Shown here: positions 47,818 through 57,684 of the stretch, one piece after another
Layout: the number at the start of each line of letters is the position of its first letter
Position numbering within the stretch: position 1 is the first letter of the stretch
DNA from: Bdellovibrio sp.
GTDB lineage: Bacteria; Bdellovibrionota; Bdellovibrionia; Bdellovibrionales; Bdellovibrionaceae
DNA: 64,000 nucleotides
Direction: 5' to 3'
Assembly (NCBI GenBank): GCA_036676395.1
Contig: JAKFCY010000002.1
Span: forward strand, 2,208,001 to 2,272,000
Program-made: the position numbers and the translations under genes
The notes under the pieces: generated by a model
What the model was told of the DNA's origin: nothing
Seen by the model: the letters and a program-made list of their open reading frames with translations, nothing else
The model's database searches: none

Positions 47818-48111
47818 ATGTCACAGAACGTAATTTACGTTCCAACAATTATGGACGAATATAAAACAGGTCTTATTTTTGCCTTAATTGAAAGTCTAAA
47901 ATCGGGAAAATCACTCAAACTGGTTTGCGATAATCATCCATATGATTTCGAAGAGTTACTTAAAGAATCAGAGATCCCCAACATTAACTGGAGTACTGAA
48001 AAAACAGAGGCAAACTCTTGGCAGTTATCCATATCTAAACAACAAGACATCAATTCTGAAAAAGTTGGTTGCTGTGGCATGTGCGGTGGGCACGCAGATT
48101 CGAAAGGATAG
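47818..48111 (+). CDS. DUF2249-like small protein with C-terminal CCGMC motif
   Basis: LKLVCDNHP pattern, GCCGMCGG tail, AGGAGG RBS. Confidence 0.6.
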   Translation: MSQNVIYVPTIMDEYKTGLIFALIESLKSGKSLKLVCDNHPYDFEELLKESEIPNINWSTEKTEANSWQLSISKQQDINSEKVGCCGMCGGHADSKG

Positions 48112-48114
48112 TAA

Positions 48115-48819
48115 ATGCTTTCAAAATCACAAGCAAAAGCATTTTTCTTAGTTGGTACAATTGGCTTTTCGGTTATTTTTGTCGGCTTAACAGTTGATAC
48201 TTTTAATCGTATTCCTGATCAAACTAAACAAAATGAACTAACTGAAAGTGCAATTAAAGGTAAACATCTATTCGATAAAAAGAATTGCATGGGCTGCCAT
48301 ACAATTATGGGTGAAGGAGCCTACTACGCTCCCGAATTAACCAAAGTTTTTGAACGTCGTGGTGAAGCATTCATTCGTTCTATGCTTAAAAACCCAGAGC
48401 TAATGTATCCAGGTCAGCGCAAGATGACTAACTACAACTTTACCAATGAAGAAATTGATCATTTAGTTGCTTTCTTAAAATGGATTGGCGGAATGGATCT
48501 AAATGGTTTTCCGCCGAAACCAGACTTAGCAACAACTGCTGAACCACAATCACAAGCAGCCATCGAATCTGCCGTAAAAAAGCCCGCCATTTTTGACCAA
48601 ATGTGCGTGGCATGCCATGCCTTAGGAGGAAAAGGTGGTGTCGTTGGGCCCGCGCTTGATGGTGTTGGTAGTAGACGCGATTCTGAATTTTTAACAAAGT
48701 GGTTACATGATCCGTTACAAATTAAGGCTGATTCTAAGATGCCTAAACTACCTCTCTCAGAACAAGAAATTGCAGATTTAACTGCGTTTCTTGCTAGCCA
48801 AAAAGGAGCTGGCAAATGA
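48115..48819 (+). CDS. norC: Nitric oxide reductase subunit C with an extra C-terminal cytochrome c domain
   Basis: N-terminal TM, CMGCH...GEGAYYAPELT; second heme motif CVACH...KMP. Confidence 0.9.
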   Translation: MLSKSQAKAFFLVGTIGFSVIFVGLTVDTFNRIPDQTKQNELTESAIKGKHLFDKKNCMGCHTIMGEGAYYAPELTKVFERRGEAFIRSMLKNPELMYPGQRKMTNYNFTNEEIDHLVAFLKWIGGMDLNGFPPKPDLATTAEPQSQAAIESAVKKPAIFDQMCVACHALGGKGGVVGPALDGVGSRRDSEFLTKWLHDPLQIKADSKMPKLPLSEQEIADLTAFLASQKGAGK

Positions 48820-50144
48820 AATATCAATCACAAAAAATCGCTTACTGGTTTTTTGCCGTCTGTATGCTGTTGTTTAGTTTACAGTTAGTTTACGGTTTTA
48901 TTATGGGTTTTGCACATATGGGTATGGATGGCCTACACAGCATCATACCTTTCAACGTGGCCAGAGCAGTGCACACGAATTTATTAGTCATGTGGTTATT
49001 ATCGGGATTTATGGGTGCTGCGTACTACATTATACCTGAAGAAGTCGAACTCGACATTCTCTCGGTTAAATGGGCTTACGTACAACTGATTGCTTTTGTG
49101 GTAGTTGGCGTTACAGCTATTATCGGCTTTCACTTTCAATGGTGGGAAGGTCGAAAATTTTTAGAAATACCTCGTCCACTTGATTATTTAGTTGTCGTCG
49201 ATGTGTTACTTTTTGTCGGTCTAATTGGCGGCACGATCTGGCGTGGAAAAAAACAGACCACAACAAGTCTTGTGTTGTTCTTTGGATTACTTACTGCTGC
49301 GCTATTATATCTTCCGGGACTTATCGAAACAGACAATCAAACTCATGATTCTTACTGGCGCTGGTGGGTTGTGCATCTTTGGGTCGAAGGCGTTTGGGAA
49401 CTTATCATGGGAGCCATTCTATCGTTCTTGTTGATTAAAATCACAGGCGTAGACAGAGAAGTTATCGAAAAATGGCTGTACATCATAGTGGGCTTTACTT
49501 TTCTAAGTGGTATTTTAGGTACAGGCCATCACTACTACTATATCGGAACACCTCGTTATTGGCTGATGATTGGTGGAATATTTGGTGCGCTTGAACCGTT
49601 AGCCTTTTTGGGTATGGCCATCTACGCCATAGCCATGGCACGCAAAGGTAAAAAAGTGGTCGATAATAAAGCGGCTTTGATGTGGACGCTTGGCACAGCT
49701 ATTATGTCATTTGTTGGAGCTGGTTTTCTCGGTTTCGCTCACACCCTACCGCAAGTGAATATGTACACACACGGTACTTTAGTGACCGCAATGCATGGGC
49801 ACCTGGCTTTCTGGGGCGCTTACGCCTGTTTAATCTTGGGTATCATTACATATACAATGCCTTATCTGACTGGACGAAAATTACAAGACACGAAAACAAA
49901 TCATTTCGCTTTCTGGACATCGAATATCGGCATGACAGCCATGACAGTCGCCTTTGGTGTAGCTGGTGTAGCCCAGGTATATCTCGAACGCAAAGTAGGA
50001 TTAGACTTTTTGATGGTGCAAAAAGAAATCGAAATTCACTTTTTAGGTTTAGTGCTTGCAGCGACGTTATTTACAGCTGGAATAATCGCTTTCATCTGGA
50101 ATTTCATTAGATTTGGTAAACCAGTTGGCGAAGTAGAAGGTTAA
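48816..50144 (+). CDS. norB: Nitric oxide reductase subunit B (cNOR)
   Basis: HTN, WWVVHLWVEGVWE, GTGHHYY, LEP, HGHLAF. Confidence 0.95.
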   Translation: MKYQSQKIAYWFFAVCMLLFSLQLVYGFIMGFAHMGMDGLHSIIPFNVARAVHTNLLVMWLLSGFMGAAYYIIPEEVELDILSVKWAYVQLIAFVVVGVTAIIGFHFQWWEGRKFLEIPRPLDYLVVVDVLLFVGLIGGTIWRGKKQTTTSLVLFFGLLTAALLYLPGLIETDNQTHDSYWRWWVVHLWVEGVWELIMGAILSFLLIKITGVDREVIEKWLYIIVGFTFLSGILGTGHHYYYIGTPRYWLMIGGIFGALEPLAFLGMAIYAIAMARKGKKVVDNKAALMWTLGTAIMSFVGAGFLGFAHTLPQVNMYTHGTLVTAMHGHLAFWGAYACLILGIITYTMPYLTGRKLQDTKTNHFAFWTSNIGMTAMTVAFGVAGVAQVYLERKVGLDFLMVQKEIEIHFLGLVLAATLFTAGIIAFIWNFIRFGKPVGEVEG

Positions 50145-50149
50145 TACAA

Positions 50150-50923
50150 ATGAATTTTGATCTATTTATTTCAACTAAAAATGAAGAAAGTATTTTTACT
50201 TCATGTTTTGCAACACAGTTGCCCTTACTGATCAAAGGGCCAACCGGTTGCGGAAAATCTCAGTTAGTTGAATATATGGCGAGAAAACTCAATCGCCCAT
50301 TAATTAAAGTCTCTTGTAATGAAGATACCAATGCGGCAGACTTGCTTGGTCGTTTTTTATTAAAATCAGGAGAAACTGTGTGGCAGGATGGCCCTGTCAC
50401 ACAGGCATTGCGTACCAACAGCATTCTATATCTTGATGAAATCGCTGAAGCTCGTGAAGATGTCATCGTTGCCCTACATCCGTTAACCGATCATCGCCGT
50501 GAAGTTCATATCGATAAAATCAATGAAACTCTTCAGGCCAAAAAAGATTTTATGGTTGTCGCAAGTTACAATCCTGGCTATCAAAAAGGTCTTAAAGAAC
50601 TTAAGCCTTCAACAAAACAACGATTTGTCTGCCTTTCAATGAATTACTTAAATAAAGAAGATGAATCTCGACTAATTAGCGAATTAACTCAGATCAGTAA
50701 AAAAATATGTGATCAGCTTGCAGATCTTGGGCACAAAATAAGAACCAAAGAAGGGCTGATGCTTAAAGAAACTGTATCTTCGCGTTTACTGATTAATGCT
50801 GCCACACTTATAAAACAAGGTTTAAATACACGTCTGGCCTGCCATATTGCGATTGCTGAAGTTCTTTCAGATGACCGTGATATCGTTCACGCGCTAAAAG
50901 ATTATATCAATTTATTAATTTAA
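50150..50923 (+). CDS. norQ: CbbQ/NirQ/NorQ AAA+ chaperone
   Basis: KGPTGCGKS, YLDEI, SYNPGYQ, LKPSTKQRF. Confidence 0.92.
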   Translation: MNFDLFISTKNEESIFTSCFATQLPLLIKGPTGCGKSQLVEYMARKLNRPLIKVSCNEDTNAADLLGRFLLKSGETVWQDGPVTQALRTNSILYLDEIAEAREDVIVALHPLTDHRREVHIDKINETLQAKKDFMVVASYNPGYQKGLKELKPSTKQRFVCLSMNYLNKEDESRLISELTQISKKICDQLADLGHKIRTKEGLMLKETVSSRLLINAATLIKQGLNTRLACHIAIAEVLSDDRDIVHALKDYINLLI

Positions 50924-50926
50924 CTG

Positions 50927-52744
50927 ATGGAAAAGCTATTTGGTTACTTTTATAAAAACCGGCTTGTCAGATCTTCAAAAAAAGATGGATACATTGATTT
51001 ATCTGAATCCATAGTCCAATTAACAACTTTTGCCAATCTTGTCTCGTTTTCTGAAACTCCTGTTGAAGTTGGCTTAAGTCTTTGGGCATGTGGTTTTGTA
51101 GATAACGAACTTCTTTTACCTCTGCAATTACGTTGGACTGAAGACAAAGAATTGAATTTTGATTTACTCAAACTGTTAATTCTTAAATCAACTGCGATCA
51201 AAGAATTAGACATTGCGTTTTCTTTTAAAGATAAATCAAGAAACTTTCCTCGCGTACAAATGCTGGCGTATATGCCCATAATTAACACATGGCTAGATAC
51301 ACATTTTTCGAATTATTCAAGCCTTGAAAATGATACCTTTAAGAAATACTTTAGTGAAATTAAGAAGAAGCATTTAAAAACTAACAAAATTCTGGACTAC
51401 TGGAAAAATCAAATCACCTGTCGAAGTAGCGATCAGTTAATGCCCTTAATGCAAGATAAAACTAATGACGAAGCCTTGGATTATTTGTTGGCGACCGTTC
51501 CGCTTCCCTTACGCTTTACCAAATTGAATCGATCAGGTGAAACTGAACAAACTTCTTCTTCATCGTCATCATCTAAATCAAAAACGCGAAACAGAAAAGA
51601 ATACGTATTAAATTCTGACGAAGAAAAAAAATCTGAAGTTAATCCGGTTACTCACAGCTTTGAAAAAATGGAAACATTAGATGACTACTCGGGCGGTCGA
51701 CGAATGACTTCAGGAGACGACGATCTGGATGATCACAGCAATGCTTTAGACGAAGTCGAAATGAATCAATTTACCAATCAAGGTAAAGCCAGTAGTGTAT
51801 TTCGACAAGACATGCAACTCGCTAAAAACACAGAAGCCGATATTTCTTCTGCGGTTTTAGATACCCAGGCAAAATATTATGCCGAGTGGAACTACCGAAA
51901 TAATTCATACACCAAAGATCATTGTCAGGTTTTTGAAGTTGCTATTACCCCCCAAGACAATTCACTACTACGCAACGAAATCATTACTCAATACGCCAAA
52001 GAAATTTCTTATTTTAAAAATTATTATTCTGCAATGTGGAATAAACCTTTATGGCAATCTCGAAAAGTTGAGGGGCCAGAATTAGATTTAGACAGCCTCA
52101 TTCGTTTGGCCCCAGAATTCAGAACAGTTTCAGGTAGCCCACGCATTTATCAACGAAAAATAAATCAAGATTTTGAGATGCATATTTCAATTGTCGTTGA
52201 TATTTCATATTCAACCGATACCTGGATAAATGGACAAAAAATTATTCACATTATCAGAAACTCTCTTGTTGTCTTCGGCGAAGCCATCCATGCACTGGCT
52301 CCACAGCTAAGTTTAAATTTATCATTTAGTCAAACTCGCAAAAACATTTCATATTTACCGTTGTTAGACTTCGCCACAAGTTGGCAATTAATTTACCCAA
52401 AACTTCATGAGTTTTCGCCACGGCAATACACCCGATTAGGCCCATCAATTCGCCATGCAACTCAAAAACTGCATCGACAACAAAGTAAAAATCCCCTCCT
52501 GATTGTTGTAACTGACGGCAAGCCCACTGATTTAGATCCTTATGAGGGAAAATACGGTCAAGAGGATGTAAAAAAATCAATAGATGAAGCAATTGCACTA
52601 GGACTTTCACCTCTTGTCGTAGGCATAACCGATCTGGCCCCGGACATTTTAGCAAAAATCACACAAAACTGTGTAAACGTGCAACAACCATACGATTTTT
52701 GTCTCGAAGTGGGAAAATTTATCCATAAATCGACCTTAAAATAA
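50927..52744 (+). CDS. norD: NorD (VWA domain) NOR assembly protein
   Basis: YAEWNY, DISYST MIDAS, YTRLGPSIRHA, TDGKPTDLDPYEG. Confidence 0.88.
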   Translation: MEKLFGYFYKNRLVRSSKKDGYIDLSESIVQLTTFANLVSFSETPVEVGLSLWACGFVDNELLLPLQLRWTEDKELNFDLLKLLILKSTAIKELDIAFSFKDKSRNFPRVQMLAYMPIINTWLDTHFSNYSSLENDTFKKYFSEIKKKHLKTNKILDYWKNQITCRSSDQLMPLMQDKTNDEALDYLLATVPLPLRFTKLNRSGETEQTSSSSSSSKSKTRNRKEYVLNSDEEKKSEVNPVTHSFEKMETLDDYSGGRRMTSGDDDLDDHSNALDEVEMNQFTNQGKASSVFRQDMQLAKNTEADISSAVLDTQAKYYAEWNYRNNSYTKDHCQVFEVAITPQDNSLLRNEIITQYAKEISYFKNYYSAMWNKPLWQSRKVEGPELDLDSLIRLAPEFRTVSGSPRIYQRKINQDFEMHISIVVDISYSTDTWINGQKIIHIIRNSLVVFGEAIHALAPQLSLNLSFSQTRKNISYLPLLDFATSWQLIYPKLHEFSPRQYTRLGPSIRHATQKLHRQQSKNPLLIVVTDGKPTDLDPYEGKYGQEDVKKSIDEAIALGLSPLVVGITDLAPDILAKITQNCVNVQQPYDFCLEVGKFIHKSTLK

Positions 52745-52754
52745 TTCGTCTAGC

Positions 52755-52768
52755 ATGATCTAAATCAT
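52755..52768. promoter_or_regulatory. Fnr/Dnr-type box for the nirK operon
   Basis: ATGAT-CTAA-ATCAT; TAACCT/TATAAC -10 candidates within 1 nt of class II spacing. Confidence 0.8.
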
Positions 52769-52821
52769 GTTTTAATTCTTCATAACTCGTATAACCTATA
52801 GTCATCTCGAAGGGAGAGATT

Positions 52822-54243
52822 ATGATAAAGTTAAAGTTCAAAATAATAATACTGCTTATGCTTGCTGGTAATATGGCATTAGCTAGTAGCAAGGATAGCG
52901 AAGTTGCAGTATTGACAGCTCCACCGCACGTACCACCACAAATTACACGTAGTAAATCAGTAAAACTCGTGGTGCATCTTGAAGTGATCGAAAAGAAGAT
53001 GAAAATTTCAGACGGGGTTGATTACACATTTTGGACTTTCGGTGGCACTGTACCCGGCAGCTTTATCCGAATTCGTGAAGGTGATGACGTTGAGTTTCAC
53101 TTAAAAAATCACCCCAGCTCTAAAATGCCACATAATATCGACTTACACGCCGTAACTGGGCAAGGTGGCGGTGCTGCGGCTTCGTTTACTTCACCAGGGC
53201 ATGAAAGCGTTTTCTCATTTAAAGCCATAAATCCGGGCCTATATGTGTATCACTGCGCAACTGCACCGGTTGGTATGCATATCGCTAACGGTATGTATGG
53301 TTTAATTTTAGTCGAACCAAAAAAAGGAATGCCTAAAGTTGATCGCGAATACTATGTCATGCAAGGTGACTTCTACACTAAAGGAAAATTTGGCGTTCAA
53401 GGCTATCAACCCTTTGATATGGCTAAAGCTGTTGATGAAAAGCCGACATATGTCGTATTTAATGGATCAACAAGCTCACTATCTGGTGATAACGCGATCA
53501 AAGCTAACGTGGGTGAAACTGTACGTCTATTTGTTGGTAACGGTGGCCCTAACTTAGTTTCTTCTTTTCACATCATCGGCGAAATATTTGATAAGGTCTA
53601 TAAAGAAGGCGCATCAGAGTATAATACTAATATTCAAACGACTCTAGTTCCTGCCGGTGGTTCAGCTATTGTTGAGTTTAAGGTTGAAGTGCCTAGTAAT
53701 CTTGTTCTGGTAGATCACTCAATTTTCAGAGCTTTCAATAAAGGTGCCTTAGGAATCATGAAAGTTGAAGGAGCTGAAAATAAAGAAATTTTCACAGGAA
53801 AAACTGCAGACAATATCTATCTACCTGAAGGTGGAGCAATTCAAAAAATTGCTGACAAAGAAAAAATTGCAACGGCAGCCAATATTGAAGATCAAATTAA
53901 ACTTGGTAAAACAGTGTATGCAAACAACTGTGCAGCCTGCCACCAACCTGATGGTAAAGGCATCACAGGTGCGTTTCCTCCTCTGGCGAACTCTGATTAC
54001 TTCAATGCTGATCACAAAAGAGCAATTAGCGTAGTTAAAAATGGTCTTACTGGAAAAATCACAGTTAATCGTCAACAATTTAATGCTGTTATGCCATCTT
54101 TAGGTTTATCAGATGCTGATATCGCAAATGTTCTAACTTATGTATCAAACAACTGGGGTAATAAAAAACGCAAATACACTAAAGAAGAAGCTGCAGCTGT
54201 TCCTAAAACTAACGGGCAACAAACTGGCGAAGGAGAACACTAG
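52822..54243 (+). CDS. nirK: Copper-containing nitrite reductase with fused C-terminal cytochrome c
   Basis: HNIDLH, YHCA...HIANGM, SSFHIIG, VDH copper motifs; CAACH heme motif. Confidence 0.96.
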   Translation: MIKLKFKIIILLMLAGNMALASSKDSEVAVLTAPPHVPPQITRSKSVKLVVHLEVIEKKMKISDGVDYTFWTFGGTVPGSFIRIREGDDVEFHLKNHPSSKMPHNIDLHAVTGQGGGAAASFTSPGHESVFSFKAINPGLYVYHCATAPVGMHIANGMYGLILVEPKKGMPKVDREYYVMQGDFYTKGKFGVQGYQPFDMAKAVDEKPTYVVFNGSTSSLSGDNAIKANVGETVRLFVGNGGPNLVSSFHIIGEIFDKVYKEGASEYNTNIQTTLVPAGGSAIVEFKVEVPSNLVLVDHSIFRAFNKGALGIMKVEGAENKEIFTGKTADNIYLPEGGAIQKIADKEKIATAANIEDQIKLGKTVYANNCAACHQPDGKGITGAFPPLANSDYFNADHKRAISVVKNGLTGKITVNRQQFNAVMPSLGLSDADIANVLTYVSNNWGNKKRKYTKEEAAAVPKTNGQQTGEGEH

Positions 54244-54245
54244 TC

Positions 54246-55019
54246 ATGAAACAACTATGGCGCTTACTTTTTATATTTAATTTAGCTTTGGTAACACAGG
54301 CTAGCGCCATAGAATTAATCGCGGTACCAGCTGGCCAACTTGAAGCCATCTGGTTATCGCCGATGTCTGTTAAAACAAAAAACGAAACAAAAACTACACG
54401 TACGTTCATTCGTGTTAATAAATTTCAACTCATGCCAAAGGCTGTGACTGTTAAACAATATCAAGATTTTCTGAACAAAAACACTCAATGGCAGAAAATT
54501 ACAGCAAGTTCGCTTTTTACTGATGGCAATTATTTAAATAATCTTGAAAAATCACCAGACTCATCACCAGTTACAAATGTCAGCTGGTTTTCGGCACGTG
54601 CATTTTGCAAGTCACATGGTTTAAGACTACCCACTCTTAGCGAATGGGAATATGCCGCGGCCGCATCAGAAAACAAAAAAGATGCTAATAAAGATGAAAA
54701 ATTCTTAAGTCGTATCTTGGCTTGGTACGGAGAACCACAAACTGAGCAAATTAAATCGGTCGGTTCTGTTTATAAAAATCTTTATGGTGTATATGATATG
54801 CACGGCCTTGTCTGGGAATGGGTTGAAGATTTCAACACAACATTTGTCACCGGCGAAAGTCGTGAAGACAGTTCATTTAATAAAGATATGTTTTGTGGTG
54901 CTGGCGCATTAGCATCCAACGACAAAGAAAACTATGCTGCATTTATGCGTTTTGCTTTTAGATCTAGTTTAAAAGGAAAAAACTCAATCTGGAATTTAGG
55001 ATTTCGCTGCGCACTTTAG
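54246..55019 (+). CDS. FGE-sulfatase domain protein (NirV-like)
   Basis: RLPTLSEWEYAA, YDMHGLVWEWV, GFRCA; directly follows nirK. Confidence 0.85.
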   Translation: MKQLWRLLFIFNLALVTQASAIELIAVPAGQLEAIWLSPMSVKTKNETKTTRTFIRVNKFQLMPKAVTVKQYQDFLNKNTQWQKITASSLFTDGNYLNNLEKSPDSSPVTNVSWFSARAFCKSHGLRLPTLSEWEYAAAASENKKDANKDEKFLSRILAWYGEPQTEQIKSVGSVYKNLYGVYDMHGLVWEWVEDFNTTFVTGESREDSSFNKDMFCGAGALASNDKENYAAFMRFAFRSSLKGKNSIWNLGFRCAL

Positions 55020-55031
55020 AAGGAGCCCATT

Positions 55032-55592
55032 ATGAAACAAAAACTAAAACTTTTTTTAGCAATTTTTACTTTCACACAAATTAGTCTAGCTGCAAGCTTG
55101 GCAGATATTGAATCTTTCTGGTTAACGACAGAAAATAAAAAAGTTACGATTGCATCTACCGTCGGATCAACTTATTCACTTATTGCTATGGTCTATACAG
55201 GCTGCGCCCATGCATGCCCTTTGACGATTGCCAAAATGCAAAAAATACTTAAAGACTTTAAAGCCAAAAATGTAACTGACGTGCAGGTTATTCTTTCGTC
55301 GTTCGATGTGAAAGGAGATCGACCTGATAAACTAAAAAAATATCAGGCTGATAAAAAACTTGATGTCAAAAAATGGCATTTTTTGGCAGCAGAATCCGAA
55401 GCAGACGCACGTGAGTTAGCCGTTACGTTAGGAATTAGTTATAAAGATCTTGGCGATGGCGATTTTTCGCACAGCAATCTCATTACACTATTAGGACCAG
55501 GTGGCGAAGTTTTATCTTCAATCGATAACTTAAATGCTGATTCAGATAAATTAGTCGAGGCTCTACAAGCTCACAGAAAACTAAAAAAATAG
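55032..55592 (+). CDS. SCO family copper chaperone
   Basis: YTGCAHACP (CxxxC) and conserved His in FSHS. Confidence 0.88.
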   Translation: MKQKLKLFLAIFTFTQISLAASLADIESFWLTTENKKVTIASTVGSTYSLIAMVYTGCAHACPLTIAKMQKILKDFKAKNVTDVQVILSSFDVKGDRPDKLKKYQADKKLDVKKWHFLAAESEADARELAVTLGISYKDLGDGDFSHSNLITLLGPGGEVLSSIDNLNADSDKLVEALQAHRKLKK

Positions 55593-55598
55593 GTACTT

Positions 55599-56726
55599 AT
55601 GAATTCAGAACAAAGTAACAAGTCAGACTCTTTTGATGTAGAACCTTACAGAATTCTTTTTCCAATCGGAATTCTATGCTCATTCGTCGGCATTTTACTT
55701 TGGATCTTTGTTCAATTTCGCATGATTAGCTTTTATCCTAATTTTGCACACGGAAATCTAATGTACTTTGGCTTTATGTGGGCTTTTATTGCTGGTTTTT
55801 TAATGACCGCTATTCCAAAAATGACCTCAACATTTACGGCGACAATTGCTGAAGTTTCTATTGCGATATTACTTTGTATGTTGCAGTTAACTCTCAACCT
55901 TCGTAACGAAATACTGCCATCGTCTTATTTAGTTATTTTTCAGCAGCTTTTTCTTATCTATTTTATCACACGGCGTTTTACTAAAGCTAAAAAAATGCCC
56001 TTCGCCAGTATTCTATTTATCCCGGCGGCACTCCTGATATCGCTTGCGGGCTCTTTGATTTATAGTTTTAACGCTGATCGATCTATCTTACTTTTGTTAA
56101 GTGGAGAAGCCTTCATACTGAATCTTATTCTTGGGCTTGGAAGCCGGCTCATCCCTGTGATCTCACGTTTACCAAATGCTTTAATGCCAAATCAGGCTTC
56201 TCAAGATTCACCGCAGTTTTTTAATACACTTGTTTTGATTGTCATGTTTAATTTAACATTCATCACCCAGCTTTTAGGTTTTGAAAATTTCAGCCTTATT
56301 TCGCGTACCTTAATCATCACATACGTACTCTTTAAAAACTTCAGTATTCTCACCAAACCCGTCAAATGGACAGCCGTGGGTGTTGGTTTGAAAATCTCAA
56401 CGGCGCTACTGCCGCTTGGTACACTTCTTTCAGCTCCGTATTTTGGCAGCCCCTTAGCTGGTCTTCATGTTTTGTATATTGGTGGTTTTGTTCTGGTTAC
56501 GTTACTTATTTCTACACGAGTAGTTTTAGCCCACGGTGGAGAATCACTCGATTATGAAGTTTCATCAAAACGAGTTATGACTTTCACTGCATGTCTTGTC
56601 AGTGCCAGCATACTCAGATACAGCGCAGGTTATCAAGTGACGTCATTATCCGTGCAAATCGCCATAGTGTTATTCATTGTTTCAATCGGTGCGTGGTCTG
56701 TTAAAATGCTAAACAGTGCGAAGTGA
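55599..56726 (+). CDS. nnrS: NnrS family membrane protein
   Basis: EPYRILFP, HGNLMYFGF, GFLMTA, RVVLAHGG. Confidence 0.82.
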   Translation: MNSEQSNKSDSFDVEPYRILFPIGILCSFVGILLWIFVQFRMISFYPNFAHGNLMYFGFMWAFIAGFLMTAIPKMTSTFTATIAEVSIAILLCMLQLTLNLRNEILPSSYLVIFQQLFLIYFITRRFTKAKKMPFASILFIPAALLISLAGSLIYSFNADRSILLLLSGEAFILNLILGLGSRLIPVISRLPNALMPNQASQDSPQFFNTLVLIVMFNLTFITQLLGFENFSLISRTLIITYVLFKNFSILTKPVKWTAVGVGLKISTALLPLGTLLSAPYFGSPLAGLHVLYIGGFVLVTLLISTRVVLAHGGESLDYEVSSKRVMTFTACLVSASILRYSAGYQVTSLSVQIAIVLFIVSIGAWSVKMLNSAK

Positions 56727-56749
56727 GGTTACGCCTTTTTTCGCAGCCC

Positions 56750-57676
56750 TCAAGCTGAAACCTCGACTACTTTTACACATTGATCTGAGTTTACTAAAAT
56801 TTTCTTAATCATTTTACGCCAGTTGAGGGGAAATGGATCTGTAGGTTTATCATCAAAAGCAAAGGCTTCACCCGGAGCATAATAGACATCAATAATTTTT
56901 CCCGTAGATAAACGCCGAAATCGAAAGGCCCCGCTGGGAACTTGTTGATTTTCAAATTCAAGTAAATTTCTTCGGCGAAATTGTCCTGATAAACCACCAA
57001 AACCACTGGCTCCCCATGACCCAAAAATCATCGAAAAAACATTACAGATAGGTCCCGTTGCACCGGATTCAACTGAATTTACTGTTGCTATTTGCACATC
57101 ACCGCGAAGCACGACTTCATCTGAAAACAAATATCGGGTCGCCACTTTGGCTATCAGGAAAGCCCCAATCATCGATGGGCAGGCATGCCCTGAAAATCGA
57201 ACAACGTCTAATAATGTAATTGCAAAACTGGATTCAGACTCGGTCGCTTTTAAATATTCCGCGAATGGTTCGCGGATCAAAAGTTTATTCTCCAGTAAAT
57301 CTTGTTCAGTCATATAATCAGGCTTTAACAATTCAGTGACTTTTTCATAAACGTTTTCAGCTTCTTGCGGATCAAAATCTTGATGAATACGTTTTACAAC
57401 TCCCAAATCAGATAAAACAATATGATGATTCGGCTTAATACCGTGCCGAGCTAAAATGTTTTGCGTACATTTAAGCTGACATCCATCAAGAGCAATTATC
57501 GTTTCAGCAGTTTTAGCAACACGTACTAAGCTTGGAACGTCACCTCCAACGCCTGCGATACAACTCATTTCAGCGATCTTATCGCGATCCAGCTTTATCG
57601 CAATCTGATTCGCCATTTGCGCCGCCGTCGAACAGCCCGAACACGAATACACAATCGGTAATTTGTTTTTTCCCAT
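56750..57676 (-). CDS. Fusion of a DGC putative zinc-binding domain and an FmdE-like domain
   Basis: N-terminal YSCSGCS...CIAGVG...DGCQLKC; C-terminal FSGHACPSMIGA. Confidence 0.7.
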   Translation of the reverse strand: MGKNKLPIVYSCSGCSTAAQMANQIAIKLDRDKIAEMSCIAGVGGDVPSLVRVAKTAETIIALDGCQLKCTQNILARHGIKPNHHIVLSDLGVVKRIHQDFDPQEAENVYEKVTELLKPDYMTEQDLLENKLLIREPFAEYLKATESESSFAITLLDVVRFSGHACPSMIGAFLIAKVATRYLFSDEVVLRGDVQIATVNSVESGATGPICNVFSMIFGSWGASGFGGLSGQFRRRNLLEFENQQVPSGAFRFRRLSTGKIIDVYYAPGEAFAFDDKPTDPFPLNWRKMIKKILVNSDQCVKVVEVSA

Positions 57677-57684
57677 ATGGGCTC

